Sequence record: DRR378314_17
DNA: 29,182 bases
Strand: one strand, 5' to 3'
The position numbers and the translations under genes are program-made. The notes under the pieces were generated by a model. It was not told the DNA's origin. It was given only the letters and a program-made list of their open reading frames with translations, and did no database searches. Shown piece by piece: positions 17,543 through 26,364 of the stretch. Numbering within the stretch: the stretch's first letter is position 1; every line of letters begins with the position of its first letter.

Positions 17543-19075
17543 TTATCCTTGTTGGTTCGGGTGGTCGGAATCCACCGGCGCCATGTTGGGTTCGGGTCTA
17601 ATCTTGTTCTTGAATTCACCGTAGAGCGTACGGAAATGCAGGATCAGGATCAGCACGATCAGACCAAAAATAATGGCGGCAATCGGGCGATCGATGAAGT
17701 CCAGCGGGGCCTTCACACGTGCCATCGCACTGCGAAGCTTGGTTTCCATGATTCCGCCCAGAACCATGCCAAGGATGATCGGAACGATTGGCAAGTCCAG
17801 ACGCTTGAGGATCAGTCCTAAGACACCGAAGCCTGCGGCAATGGCGCAGTCGGTGATCGAGTTGCGCAGGGAATAGACGCCGACAAAGGCCATGGTCAGG
17901 ATCATAACCCCCAGGAACCGGGTCGGAATTTGAATGATCTTGAGCAGCAGGTTGGTCGAGAACAACAGGAAGACCAGAACGATCACGTTCAGCAGGATTA
18001 GCGCCATGTAAAGCGCCATTACAAAGTCCATTTGCTGCTCAAAGAGCTGAGGACCGGGGATCACATTATGCACATAGAAGACCGACAGCATCATTGCGGT
18101 CAGCGCTTCGCCGGGAATACCCAGCGCCAGCAATGGGATCATCGCGGCGCCGGGAACAGCGTTGTTTGCCGCTTCAGAGGCCACCAGTCCTTCTGGAGAA
18201 CCATTGCCGAATTTTTCGGGGTCTTTCGAGGTTTTCTGCGCATAAGTGTAGGACAGGAACTGAGAGGTAAACTCACCGGTGCCCGGCACCATGCCCATGA
18301 CCACGCCGATGCTGGAAGAGACAGTGGCGATGCGTTTTATTCCCAGAAGTTCTTTCAGGCCAGCGAAGATACTGCCGTTGACGGTCGTATTTTTTGGCGC
18401 GTGGTTCTTTTCTAGCAGCAGCAGGAAAGCCTGACTAATTGCAAAAAGACCTAACACTACAACGATCAGATCAATGCCAGATGCGAGCCAACTTTGATCA
18501 AAGGTGAAGCGCCGCGTGTATTTGACCGGCTCCAATCCAACGGTGTTGAGGAAAATCCCGAACGCAGCCAGCATGCCAGCAGCAAATATCTGTCCGCGGT
18601 GCGCCAGTACAACCAGAATGATCCCCAGAAGTGCGGCCAAGAAGATCTCACGACTTCCAAAATGCGGCGCGATCAGAGCGAGTACCGGTGACAGGATCAT
18701 CAGACAGATGATGGCAAAAACACCGCCAAAGAAAGAAGCAGAATACGCTAGAGACAAGGCGCGATGCCCCTGGCCGCGTTTCGTCATCGGATAGCCGTCA
18801 TAGGTGGTTAGCGCATTGACTGCAGTACCTGGCGTATTGATCAGAATTGCAGGAATGGCACCGCCGTACATTGACGATCCATAAATGCCCAACAAAAGGG
18901 TCAGGCCCACGATGGGTTCAAACGAGAATGTTGCAGGTAGCAGGATGGCGATTGCGACAGCCGCACCCACGCCGGGCAGCGCGCCTATAATGACACCTCC
19001 GATTGATCCAATCAGCAGGGCAACAACGACCTGCCATTGCAGCAGAATTGAAATACCAGAGACGAGCGTTTCCAT
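17543..19075 (-). CDS. tctA: Tripartite tricarboxylate transporter permease, TctA family
   Basis: GALPGVG, YGGAIPAILINTPGT, EAANNA, PLLALGIPGE; many TM helices. Confidence 0.93.
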   Translation of the reverse strand: METLVSGISILLQWQVVVALLIGSIGGVIIGALPGVGAAVAIAILLPATFSFEPIVGLTLLLGIYGSSMYGGAIPAILINTPGTAVNALTTYDGYPMTKRGQGHRALSLAYSASFFGGVFAIICLMILSPVLALIAPHFGSREIFLAALLGIILVVLAHRGQIFAAGMLAAFGIFLNTVGLEPVKYTRRFTFDQSWLASGIDLIVVVLGLFAISQAFLLLLEKNHAPKNTTVNGSIFAGLKELLGIKRIATVSSSIGVVMGMVPGTGEFTSQFLSYTYAQKTSKDPEKFGNGSPEGLVASEAANNAVPGAAMIPLLALGIPGEALTAMMLSVFYVHNVIPGPQLFEQQMDFVMALYMALILLNVIVLVFLLFSTNLLLKIIQIPTRFLGVMILTMAFVGVYSLRNSITDCAIAAGFGVLGLILKRLDLPIVPIILGMVLGGIMETKLRSAMARVKAPLDFIDRPIAAIIFGLIVLILILHFRTLYGEFKNKIRPEPNMAPVDSDHPNQQG

Positions 19076-19085
19076 CGTGGATCCC

Positions 19086-19622
19086 TTACAGATAGGTCAA
19101 CGCAAAAGCGCGGATGGTTTCTGGGAAATGTTCGTAGATTGCACCCGCAGGGATTTTCACCTGTAGAAAGGCGCGGAACACGATGGTGACAACAAAGCCA
19201 AAAGCTGCAGCTATCGCGATGGTGCTTGCGCCGCGAAAACCAGCGCGCAGGGTCAAGAACACCGCGAACAGCATGGTTGAGGGCAGATACCCAAGTTTCG
19301 GCACCAGCATTACGTAAATCAGGAAGTAAGCCACATATTCGAACGAACGCGCCCAGAATCCCACCTCGGCCCAACAGCCGCTGATTCTTTCCGACATCAC
19401 CGAACTCAGCCAATGCAGGAAGCTGAAGATGACCATCATCCAGAGCGCAACGGTGGGCCAAAGCCCGGGTTGTGCAAACCATTTGGTCCGCTTGACGACC
19501 TTGGTCTGTTCACCCAACTGGGAAAGAAGAAAAACAGAAAAGACTAGAAACAAGACGGCAAAGACGACATCGCCGGGTCTACGATACCTTTGGAACATGT
19601 CCTGTAGTGTTTTTGCGATCAT
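19086..19622 (-). CDS. tctB: Tripartite tricarboxylate transporter small subunit, TctB family
   Basis: About four TM helices, PGLWP, LGYLPST, VFRAFLQVKIPAG. Located between tctC and tctA. RBS GGAGGAGG. Confidence 0.85.
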   Translation of the reverse strand: MIAKTLQDMFQRYRRPGDVVFAVLFLVFSVFLLSQLGEQTKVVKRTKWFAQPGLWPTVALWMMVIFSFLHWLSSVMSERISGCWAEVGFWARSFEYVAYFLIYVMLVPKLGYLPSTMLFAVFLTLRAGFRGASTIAIAAAFGFVVTIVFRAFLQVKIPAGAIYEHFPETIRAFALTYL

Positions 19623-19639
19623 TCTTGCCTCCTCCCACT

Positions 19640-19666
19640 AAAAAAGACGCGGAGAGTTTCCCCGCG
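19640..19666 (-). terminator. Intrinsic terminator/attenuator between tctC and tctB
   Basis: The minus strand reads CGCGGGGA-AAC-TCTCCGCG followed by TCTTTTTT (8-bp stem with one G-U pair). Confidence 0.65.
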
Positions 19667-19680
19667 CCCCGATCCGGAAC

Positions 19681-20610
19681 CTATTCGCCCAGAATTTCTG
19701 AGATCTTGCCGATCGTCTGTGTGTCGGCTTCGATCTGTGCAGTCGACTCCTCAGCATTCTGCCAGTAGATCAGAACACCGGTTTCGCCAATCAGGTTCTG
19801 TGCCTTTTCAGACTGCAGGGCCTTCTGAGCGGCGGCTGCGATCTTTTCGCGTGCATCCGCAGGCACATCTTTATGAACGAAGAGACCATTCCAAAGCGCC
19901 AGGTTCAGCTCTGGGTGCAACTCAGCCACAGTTGGAGAGTCTGGGGTCAGACCAATACGCTCGTTGCCTATGGTGGCCAGAATGTTGACCTTGTCCAAGC
20001 AGGGGAGGATCAGCTGTAGGGTGGAGTTGATGACATCAACATCACCGGACGCCAGGGTGTTGCAATCCAGAGCATCAAATGCCGCTTCGCTTGCGAAGTC
20101 AAAGCCGGACTGGATCGCCGCAGCGAAAGTCACTTGTGTTGGTGGGAGGAATGAACCGAAGTGACCCAGCGCCACATCGTTGTCCTTGCCGTGTGCGACA
20201 AGTTCTTCCCAGTTCTGGAACGCCGCATCTTTGCTGGACGCGATCACGAACGGATAGGTCATGAAAATGCCGATCGGCTCGAACGGGTTCGGGCTCAGCT
20301 CTGGGATGCCAATTTCAGGACCGCCGATAGGAACATCAGTTACGAAAGAGCCAACGGTGTAACCGTCCGCAGCTGCTGTAGCCACTTCAACAGCGCCAGG
20401 GAATGGACCGCCGCCGCCGCCGGGCTTGTTAACAACTGCCGCAGGAACACCATACATCGCCTGAAACTCATCTGCGATCATCCGGGTAAGGACGTCCTCC
20501 AGATCGCCCGGAGGCCACGGAACAACGAACGAAACCGGTTTTTCTGGATATTCGGCCATGGCCGCCGTTGCAGAGACAGCAATTGCAGTAGCCGCGAGGA
20601 ACTTTTTCAT
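19681..20610 (-). CDS. tctC: Tripartite tricarboxylate transporter substrate-binding protein (TctC/Bug family), atypical ligand motif
   Basis: Signal peptide ending A-M-A. YPEKPVSFVVPW, VVNKPGGGG, ADGYTV, PDSPTVAE, WNGLFVHKDVP. RBS GGAGG. Confidence 0.9.
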   Translation of the reverse strand: MKKFLAATAIAVSATAAMAEYPEKPVSFVVPWPPGDLEDVLTRMIADEFQAMYGVPAAVVNKPGGGGGPFPGAVEVATAAADGYTVGSFVTDVPIGGPEIGIPELSPNPFEPIGIFMTYPFVIASSKDAAFQNWEELVAHGKDNDVALGHFGSFLPPTQVTFAAAIQSGFDFASEAAFDALDCNTLASGDVDVINSTLQLILPCLDKVNILATIGNERIGLTPDSPTVAELHPELNLALWNGLFVHKDVPADAREKIAAAAQKALQSEKAQNLIGETGVLIYWQNAEESTAQIEADTQTIGKISEILGE

Positions 20611-20628
20611 TTACACCTCCCTAAGGGT

Positions 20629-20689
20629 GGTTCATTATGTGAACCGTTACAACAATATTAATATTGCTTTGTTAAGCGTTATCTGTCAA
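20629..20689 (-). promoter_or_regulatory. tctC promoter (TTGACA-17-CAATAT) with downstream IclR-type inverted repeat GGTTCA-N5-TGAACC
   Basis: Minus-strand TTGACA at 20689-20684 and CAATAT at 20666-20661. A perfect inverted repeat lies at 20629-20645 and the palindrome CAATATTAATATTG at 20653-20666. Confidence 0.65.
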
Positions 20690-20717
20690 GTATTCCTTGA
20701 CTTCAGAGGGAGGCGAA

Positions 20718-21494
20718 ATGGGAACTGCTCTCAAGGCATTGCGAATGCTGGATTTATTCTCCAACTCACGTCCAGAAATTGGGCTGAGTCAATTCGCGCG
20801 CTTATCGGGGCACAACAAGGCAACAGTCCTCAGACACCTGCGTGCGCTGGAAGAATTTGGCCTGGTGGAGCAAAATCCTCATTCCAAGACTTACGCCATT
20901 GGGCCCGCGGCTTTGCGTCTGGCTTCTCTGCGAGAAATTGCCCGCCCTAACATCGAAAGTGCTCGTCAAAAAATGCATGAAGCGATGCAGAAGACCGGAG
21001 AAAGCCTGCATCTTTCGCTGCTTGAAAAAGGCGTGCTGCAGACAGCTTTGGTGGTTGAAACAACAAAGCATAGCGTGCGTGTCAGCCTCAATCCTGGCGA
21101 GGCCATTCCGCTAAACGCGACAGCTTCTGGCATGTGTATCTTGGGATTTGGACCTGCTGAACTCTTGGAGCAGATTGGCAAACAACCGCAACACAAGTTC
21201 ACCGAGACCACCTTGACTGACCCTGATCAGATTCTCGCGCGCGTTGCCGATGTTCGTGATGCTGGTTGGGCTTGTAGCAAAGGAAGTTACGAAGACGGAG
21301 TCTTTGGCTTTGCAACACCTTTTTTTGGTATTGATCAGGTCGCGATCGGTACGATTGCTGTCGCCATTCCCGAAACCCGAGCGACAGACGACCGCCGTCC
21401 TGCCGTCTTGACTGAACTCTCTTCTCTCTCTCGGGATTTGACCGCGATATTCGGCGGTCAAGCTCCCGATTCATTTCCAACTGCATTCCACTAG
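20718..21494 (+). CDS. IclR-family transcriptional regulator
   Basis: KALRMLDLF..GLSQFARLSGHNKATVLRHLRALEEFGLVEQ, TGESLHL, PLNATASG, FTETTLTD. ATG 20718 follows GGGAGG. Confidence 0.92.
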   Translation: MGTALKALRMLDLFSNSRPEIGLSQFARLSGHNKATVLRHLRALEEFGLVEQNPHSKTYAIGPAALRLASLREIARPNIESARQKMHEAMQKTGESLHLSLLEKGVLQTALVVETTKHSVRVSLNPGEAIPLNATASGMCILGFGPAELLEQIGKQPQHKFTETTLTDPDQILARVADVRDAGWACSKGSYEDGVFGFATPFFGIDQVAIGTIAVAIPETRATDDRRPAVLTELSSLSRDLTAIFGGQAPDSFPTAFH

Positions 21495-21541
21495 TGCGCC
21501 AAAAAAGCACTTGGGTGGTCGAACAATCCGGAGACCGTGAC

Positions 21542-22894
21542 ATGAAAGACTCCAACTTTCTGAAGGAAAACAATGCCCGCCATTTCTGGCACCCAATGGC
21601 ACATCCCGCTGACAGCCAGAAGAATCCGCCGGTTATCCTCACCGGTGGTGAGGGTGTCAGTATTGTCGATATTGATGGCCATAAGACCATCGACGCTGTT
21701 GGTGGTCTGTGGAACGTGAATCTGGGATACTCTTGCGAGCCAGTCAAACAGGCGATTGCCGATCAGCTGAACGCCCTGCCTTATTATTCTACCTTCCGCG
21801 GCACCAGCAACGACAAGGCGATCGAGCTGTCTTATGAATTGGCGCAGTTTTTTGCTCCGGATGGGCTCACGCGTGCGTTCTTTACCTCCGGTGGCTCGGA
21901 TTCAGTCGAAATCGCGCTGAAATTGGCGCGTCAGTATCATAAGGTGCGCGGTGAACACGGCCGCACCAAATTCATAAGTCTGAAGCAGGGTTATCACGGC
22001 ACCCACTTCGCCGCTGCTTCGGTGAACGGCAATCAGAAGTTCCGTGCTGCCTATGAGCCGATGATGCCGGGTTGTTTCCACATCCCAGCCCCATGGGCAT
22101 ATCGGAATCCATTTGACGAAACCGATCCAGAGCGTTTGGCACTGCTTTGCGTCAAAGCTCTGGAAGCCGAAATTGCCTTCCAAGGCGCGAACACCGTCGC
22201 GGCCTTCATAATGGAGCCGGTCCTTGGCGCGGGTGGTGTTATACCTCCACACAAAAGCTTCATGCCAATGGTGCGTGAAGTATGCTCCAAACACGGTGTT
22301 CTGCTGATTTCAGATGAAATCATCACCGCCTTCGGTCGCACTGGCAGCGAAAGCGGCGCGCGTCATTGGGGGGTTCAGCCAGATATTCTAACTACCGCCA
22401 AGGCAATCACGAACGGATTCTTCCCATTTGGCGCGACCATGATTTCCGGAGCGGTTGCGGAAGTGTTCGAAAGCGACATAACCGGAAAGGCGTCCATTGA
22501 TCAGGGTTACACCTACTCGGGGCACCCGGTTGGCGCAGCAGCAGCTCTGGCAGCGCTGTCAGAGATCAACCGCCTGAAAGTCTGGGAAAACGCTGGTGCG
22601 CGTGGGGCAGAACTGTTTGCCGGGCTTAAGAAGTTGGCCGAAAAGCATAAAGTGATAGGCGATGTGCGTGGGGGCGAAGGGCTAATGTGTGCGCTGGAAC
22701 TGGTATCTGATCGTGCCACCAAAACACCGATTGCCAAACATCTCCCTCTTCAGGTTCAGAAGGCTGCATATGAAGATGGCGTGATGGTGCGGGTGTCGGG
22801 CAACAATATCATTTTGTCACCACCTCTGGTGATCACATCCGATGATGTCGCCAAGATTCTGTCCGCGCTGGATACCGGCCTCGGGAGTTTGTAA
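21542..22894 (+). CDS. Class III (omega-amine) PLP-dependent aminotransferase
   Basis: DAVGGLWNVNLGY, TSGGSDSVE, GYHG, ISDEIITAFGRTG, TTAKAIT (PLP lysine), GYTYSGHP. ATG 21542 follows GGAG. Confidence 0.93.
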   Translation: MKDSNFLKENNARHFWHPMAHPADSQKNPPVILTGGEGVSIVDIDGHKTIDAVGGLWNVNLGYSCEPVKQAIADQLNALPYYSTFRGTSNDKAIELSYELAQFFAPDGLTRAFFTSGGSDSVEIALKLARQYHKVRGEHGRTKFISLKQGYHGTHFAAASVNGNQKFRAAYEPMMPGCFHIPAPWAYRNPFDETDPERLALLCVKALEAEIAFQGANTVAAFIMEPVLGAGGVIPPHKSFMPMVREVCSKHGVLLISDEIITAFGRTGSESGARHWGVQPDILTTAKAITNGFFPFGATMISGAVAEVFESDITGKASIDQGYTYSGHPVGAAAALAALSEINRLKVWENAGARGAELFAGLKKLAEKHKVIGDVRGGEGLMCALELVSDRATKTPIAKHLPLQVQKAAYEDGVMVRVSGNNIILSPPLVITSDDVAKILSALDTGLGSL

Positions 22895-23216
22895 GATCTG
22901 GGGATGTGTCACGAAGATTAAGAGCTGACCTTCGCCTAACAACACCGATCGCCTATCACTCACAGCACCTGCGGGCGTCGACAGTCAAAGCATTGCGACA
23001 GAACCACAAGTGCGTCCAGTCCGAGCTTAGCGCCGTATTCTGTACTCAACCGAAGTCGACCCCAATGTGCTCTCTCAAGTTATTAACCAGTCGCATGCGT
23101 TGCCGAACTAGAAATTCTCTGGCCCGGGTCGCGATCATAGCCGTGTATGCCTTTTGGCAAATCGCAACGACAACACTGCCCTTTCGCCCCATGTTTCGTG
23201 GTTTCTATAAACATAA

Positions 23217-23240
23217 AGACCCGGGCAATCGCCCGGGTCT
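23217..23240 (-). terminator. Intrinsic terminator downstream of the RTX-tailed protein gene
   Basis: Perfect 10-bp stem AGACCCGGGC-N4-GCCCGGGTCT, followed on the minus strand by TTATGTTT, 30 nt after the stop. Confidence 0.75.
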
Positions 23241-23269
23241 CATAGTGTATTGTCTGATTAAGCAGATGC

Positions 23270-25570
23270 TCAGAACAGAAAGTCGGCTTCGTCGATCTGG
23301 CTAACGCTGATGTCCGCCAAACGCACCAGGTCACCGGTTTCAAGGTCAAGATCGATTACTGTGTCAGCACCGTCCTGACGGGCCGCCGCTGCGGCTTCTG
23401 CTCCGTCAGCGAAAAAGTCCGAAACATCGAGCAGGTCGAACCCATTCTGGAAGTCTCGCACCGTGTCTTCGTTGGTGCCCAACCGGAAGACAAAGGTATC
23501 GGCCCCACCGCCACCAGTCAGATCGTCGTTACCAGTACCGCCATCAAGAATGTCAGAACCATCCCCCAGAACAATCAGGTCTTCGCCACCATTGCCATGG
23601 ACCTCACCATTAACGGTGCCGTTGGCGCCGTTAAAGACATCGTTTTCCTGGCTGAGCAAGACATTGCCGTTAAGCGTACCTTCGTTATTCACCACGATAC
23701 GCGACGCGGCATCAATCGATGCCTCACCGCCGGTGATGGTGCCAGTGGCCAGATTATTGATCGCTCCGGTCACCGTACCGTTGATATCAAGGCCGATTTG
23801 TTCCCCGGTGATGGTTTCGTAATTGTTGATGTTACCGTCGAGAACATTGTTACTGTTGATACCAATACCGTCGGTACGGACGCTGGAAATCGCACCATAA
23901 TTGTTGATGTTACCGGATATGGTGCCACCTCCAGAGATATTGAGTGCATTTTCGCCAGTGCTGGTAATTGTACCATGGTTGTTGATATCACCCGTCCCCT
24001 CGTCGATTGAAACACCATCGGATGAGGCCGTGATCAGACCATAGTTCGTAAAGTTGCCCTCCAATACGTTGAGAGAAACACCAATACCGTCACCGCCCGA
24101 GATTTCGCCGGAATTCTTAAAATTCCCGTCCAGAAGACCCAAAACCTGAACACCGGCAAAATTTTCAGACACGATGTCGCCGCGATTGATGATATCGCCG
24201 GCCACCTCGACGTCGCGGCCGATCTCGATCCCCCCCAAATTGGCTTCGATGCTGCCGGTGTTGACAATGTCACCCTTGAAGGTTGTGGTGCCCTCATCCG
24301 CGCCGCTAAACACCAGAATGCCTTCGCCACTACTACCGCGGCCGAAGATGGTGCCGTAATTGGTGATCGAGGCGTTGACCACATCACCCGCAAAGCTGCC
24401 TGTTTGCAATGAAATGCCAACACCTTCGTTGCCTTCACCGGCATCAATCACTCCGCGGCGATAGTTGACAATGTTATAGTCGTCAGCTGTCGCATCGGAA
24501 TAGACCGTGCCGTTGCGCTGGTCATCAGCGCCCAAGATACTGCCAAAGTTGTGCAGATCCACACCGGTTCCGTCGATGTTCACCGCCCGGCTACCGGATT
24601 GAATAACGCCGTAGTTTTTGACCGTGGCGTCATGCGCGGCGTCGCCAAAGTAAAGGCCGTTGTTGGCCCCATCGATCAGGCCGCGACGGCCGTTGATGAT
24701 CGTACCATCAAAAGAAAGACCATCTGAGATGCGCACAGCCGAAGTTGGGCCAACGCCGCTCTCGGACAGAATCTTGCCCGAGTTGTAGATGTTGCCCTTG
24801 AACGTGGTGCCACCACCCTCAGCCCCTGAGAATAGCCGGATACCGTCACCTGCCAAACCGCTGGAAGCATCAGCCTGACCACGGCCCTGGATAGTGCCCC
24901 GATTGGAAATGGAGGCAGTAACCACGTCACCGTCAAAGCTGCCGTTCTGCAGAGCAATGCCCGCGCCGTTGTTGCCTTCACCAGCATCAATCTCAGCATT
25001 TCGGCCATTCCAGATGCTGAAGTTATCTGCCGAGCCATCGGAATAGATCGTGCCGTTGCGCTGGTCGTCGGTGCCTTGGATCTTGCCGTAGTTCTCAACT
25101 TTGATACCGTCGCCACCGATGTTTACTGCGCGACTGTCGCTCTGCACGGTGCCATGGTTTGTGAAGCGCCCGGAAGACTCCCCGCCGTTGGCGAAGCTCA
25201 CGCCTGTATTTCCGCCATCAATCAGACCAGAGTTCCGGATGTTGGTGTGTGCGCCAGAGATATCGACCGCTGTGTTGGCTTCGTCAGCGCGGATCTCCCC
25301 GTGTTTGCGGTTATTGACAGTGACCTTGTCGCCCTCGACGCTGATCGTGCTGCTGTCATCAGAGGCGGCTGTCCCCGCATTGCGGAATGATACGCGGTCA
25401 TCAACAATGTCCAGAACCGGCGCGCCTTCGACCAAAGCGGTGTCGCCCTTGTTGAGCACGAAACGCTGACCGTCGAACTTACTGCTCACGGATTCATCAG
25501 TGCCATCCTCGATGACAGTTCTTTGCCGCCCTTGGAACGACCGCAGAAAAAAACCAAAAATACTCATCAC
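23270..25570 (-). CDS. Secreted Gly/Asn-rich beta-solenoid protein with C-terminal RTX (hemolysin-type Ca-binding) repeats
   Basis: Recurrent N-x-G-x-I-x-G units. GGxGxD nonamers (LDGGTGNDDLTGGGGADTFVF), DTVRDFQNGFDLLDV and terminal ADFLF are typical of type I secretion substrates. Start GTG 25570 or ATG 25567 after AAGGA. Confidence 0.85.
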   Translation of the reverse strand: MMSIFGFFLRSFQGRQRTVIEDGTDESVSSKFDGQRFVLNKGDTALVEGAPVLDIVDDRVSFRNAGTAASDDSSTISVEGDKVTVNNRKHGEIRADEANTAVDISGAHTNIRNSGLIDGGNTGVSFANGGESSGRFTNHGTVQSDSRAVNIGGDGIKVENYGKIQGTDDQRNGTIYSDGSADNFSIWNGRNAEIDAGEGNNGAGIALQNGSFDGDVVTASISNRGTIQGRGQADASSGLAGDGIRLFSGAEGGGTTFKGNIYNSGKILSESGVGPTSAVRISDGLSFDGTIINGRRGLIDGANNGLYFGDAAHDATVKNYGVIQSGSRAVNIDGTGVDLHNFGSILGADDQRNGTVYSDATADDYNIVNYRRGVIDAGEGNEGVGISLQTGSFAGDVVNASITNYGTIFGRGSSGEGILVFSGADEGTTTFKGDIVNTGSIEANLGGIEIGRDVEVAGDIINRGDIVSENFAGVQVLGLLDGNFKNSGEISGGDGIGVSLNVLEGNFTNYGLITASSDGVSIDEGTGDINNHGTITSTGENALNISGGGTISGNINNYGAISSVRTDGIGINSNNVLDGNINNYETITGEQIGLDINGTVTGAINNLATGTITGGEASIDAASRIVVNNEGTLNGNVLLSQENDVFNGANGTVNGEVHGNGGEDLIVLGDGSDILDGGTGNDDLTGGGGADTFVFRLGTNEDTVRDFQNGFDLLDVSDFFADGAEAAAAARQDGADTVIDLDLETGDLVRLADISVSQIDEADFLF
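24245..25230 (-). repeat. Internal tandem duplication (~543-bp period) within the RTX-tailed gene
   Basis: gaatagatcgtgccgttgcgctggtc at 25041 matches gaatagaccgtgccgttgcgctggtc at 24498. The protein motif SRAVNI..DDQRNGT.YSD..IDAGEGN.G.GI.LQ.GSF.GDVV.ASI.N.GTI.GRG occurs twice. Confidence 0.85.
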
Positions 25571-26364
25571 AGTTTCCTTTTGAATGTTGTGTCAGAGCCC
25601 GACCCGCTGATTTTCTCGTATGGATTAGACCTTGACTGGATTGCCTCTCGTTTGCGCAGAAAGAGCATTGATCAAACGCACCAAGGCTCTCGACCGGCGC
25701 ATTGGCGTCGGCCGTTCCCGAACTTCTGCGATGTACGAACCGGCCTTGTCACACGCCGAGCCGTCCTACGCGTCAGAGGGTTCCTTGGAACCAAGCGTCA
25801 AAGTAATAAATCTCCCCTACCTGCTCATGCCAGAGGCCTAATTGTCGGCGAGGAAGAACAGTTCACCGACGCATCTCAATATGGCGCGGAATAGCAGATC
25901 GCTCTAATAAAGATGCTGTGAAATTGTGAGAGCAAAACGTCAACCAGAAGCGAGATAATCCGATATTGAAGGCAAAAGCCCTGGGGCAAATATTATGCTA
26001 AAGCAAGCTCTGCCGCAGACTTTTGGCTGCTGACGCAGTTGAGTTTTGCGCGTGATGGAGGCGTGAGGCTATCTCTGCCGAGCCGTTAACAAATACGGCA
26101 AAACGCTCGGTTTCATGCAATCACGGCGTCGAAATAAGCCCAATGCCAACAATATTCTGCGCCCGAAGGCTGGAGGGCAATAGCATCCAACGAAAGAGCG
26201 TTATCGACAAGAGCGGCGACCAGCGGCCACCGGTAGGTGTGGGGGCCTGCGTCTGAGATACGTGATAGGCTCACCATTGTGTGCAGTTGCGCAAGAGATG
26301 AACGCTGAGAGGCCCAAGCGGAAGGGGCTCGTATTGGTAAACAGTACCTAGGCGTTTCGCTCAC

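Noticed and set aside
20697-20702. TTGACT as the -35 of iclR
   Set aside because: Only 15 nt from the start codon, so the -10 would fall inside the CDS.
22906-23304. 132-aa ORF after the aminotransferase
   Set aside because: No recognisable motif; it runs through the terminator hairpin and overlaps the convergent gene.
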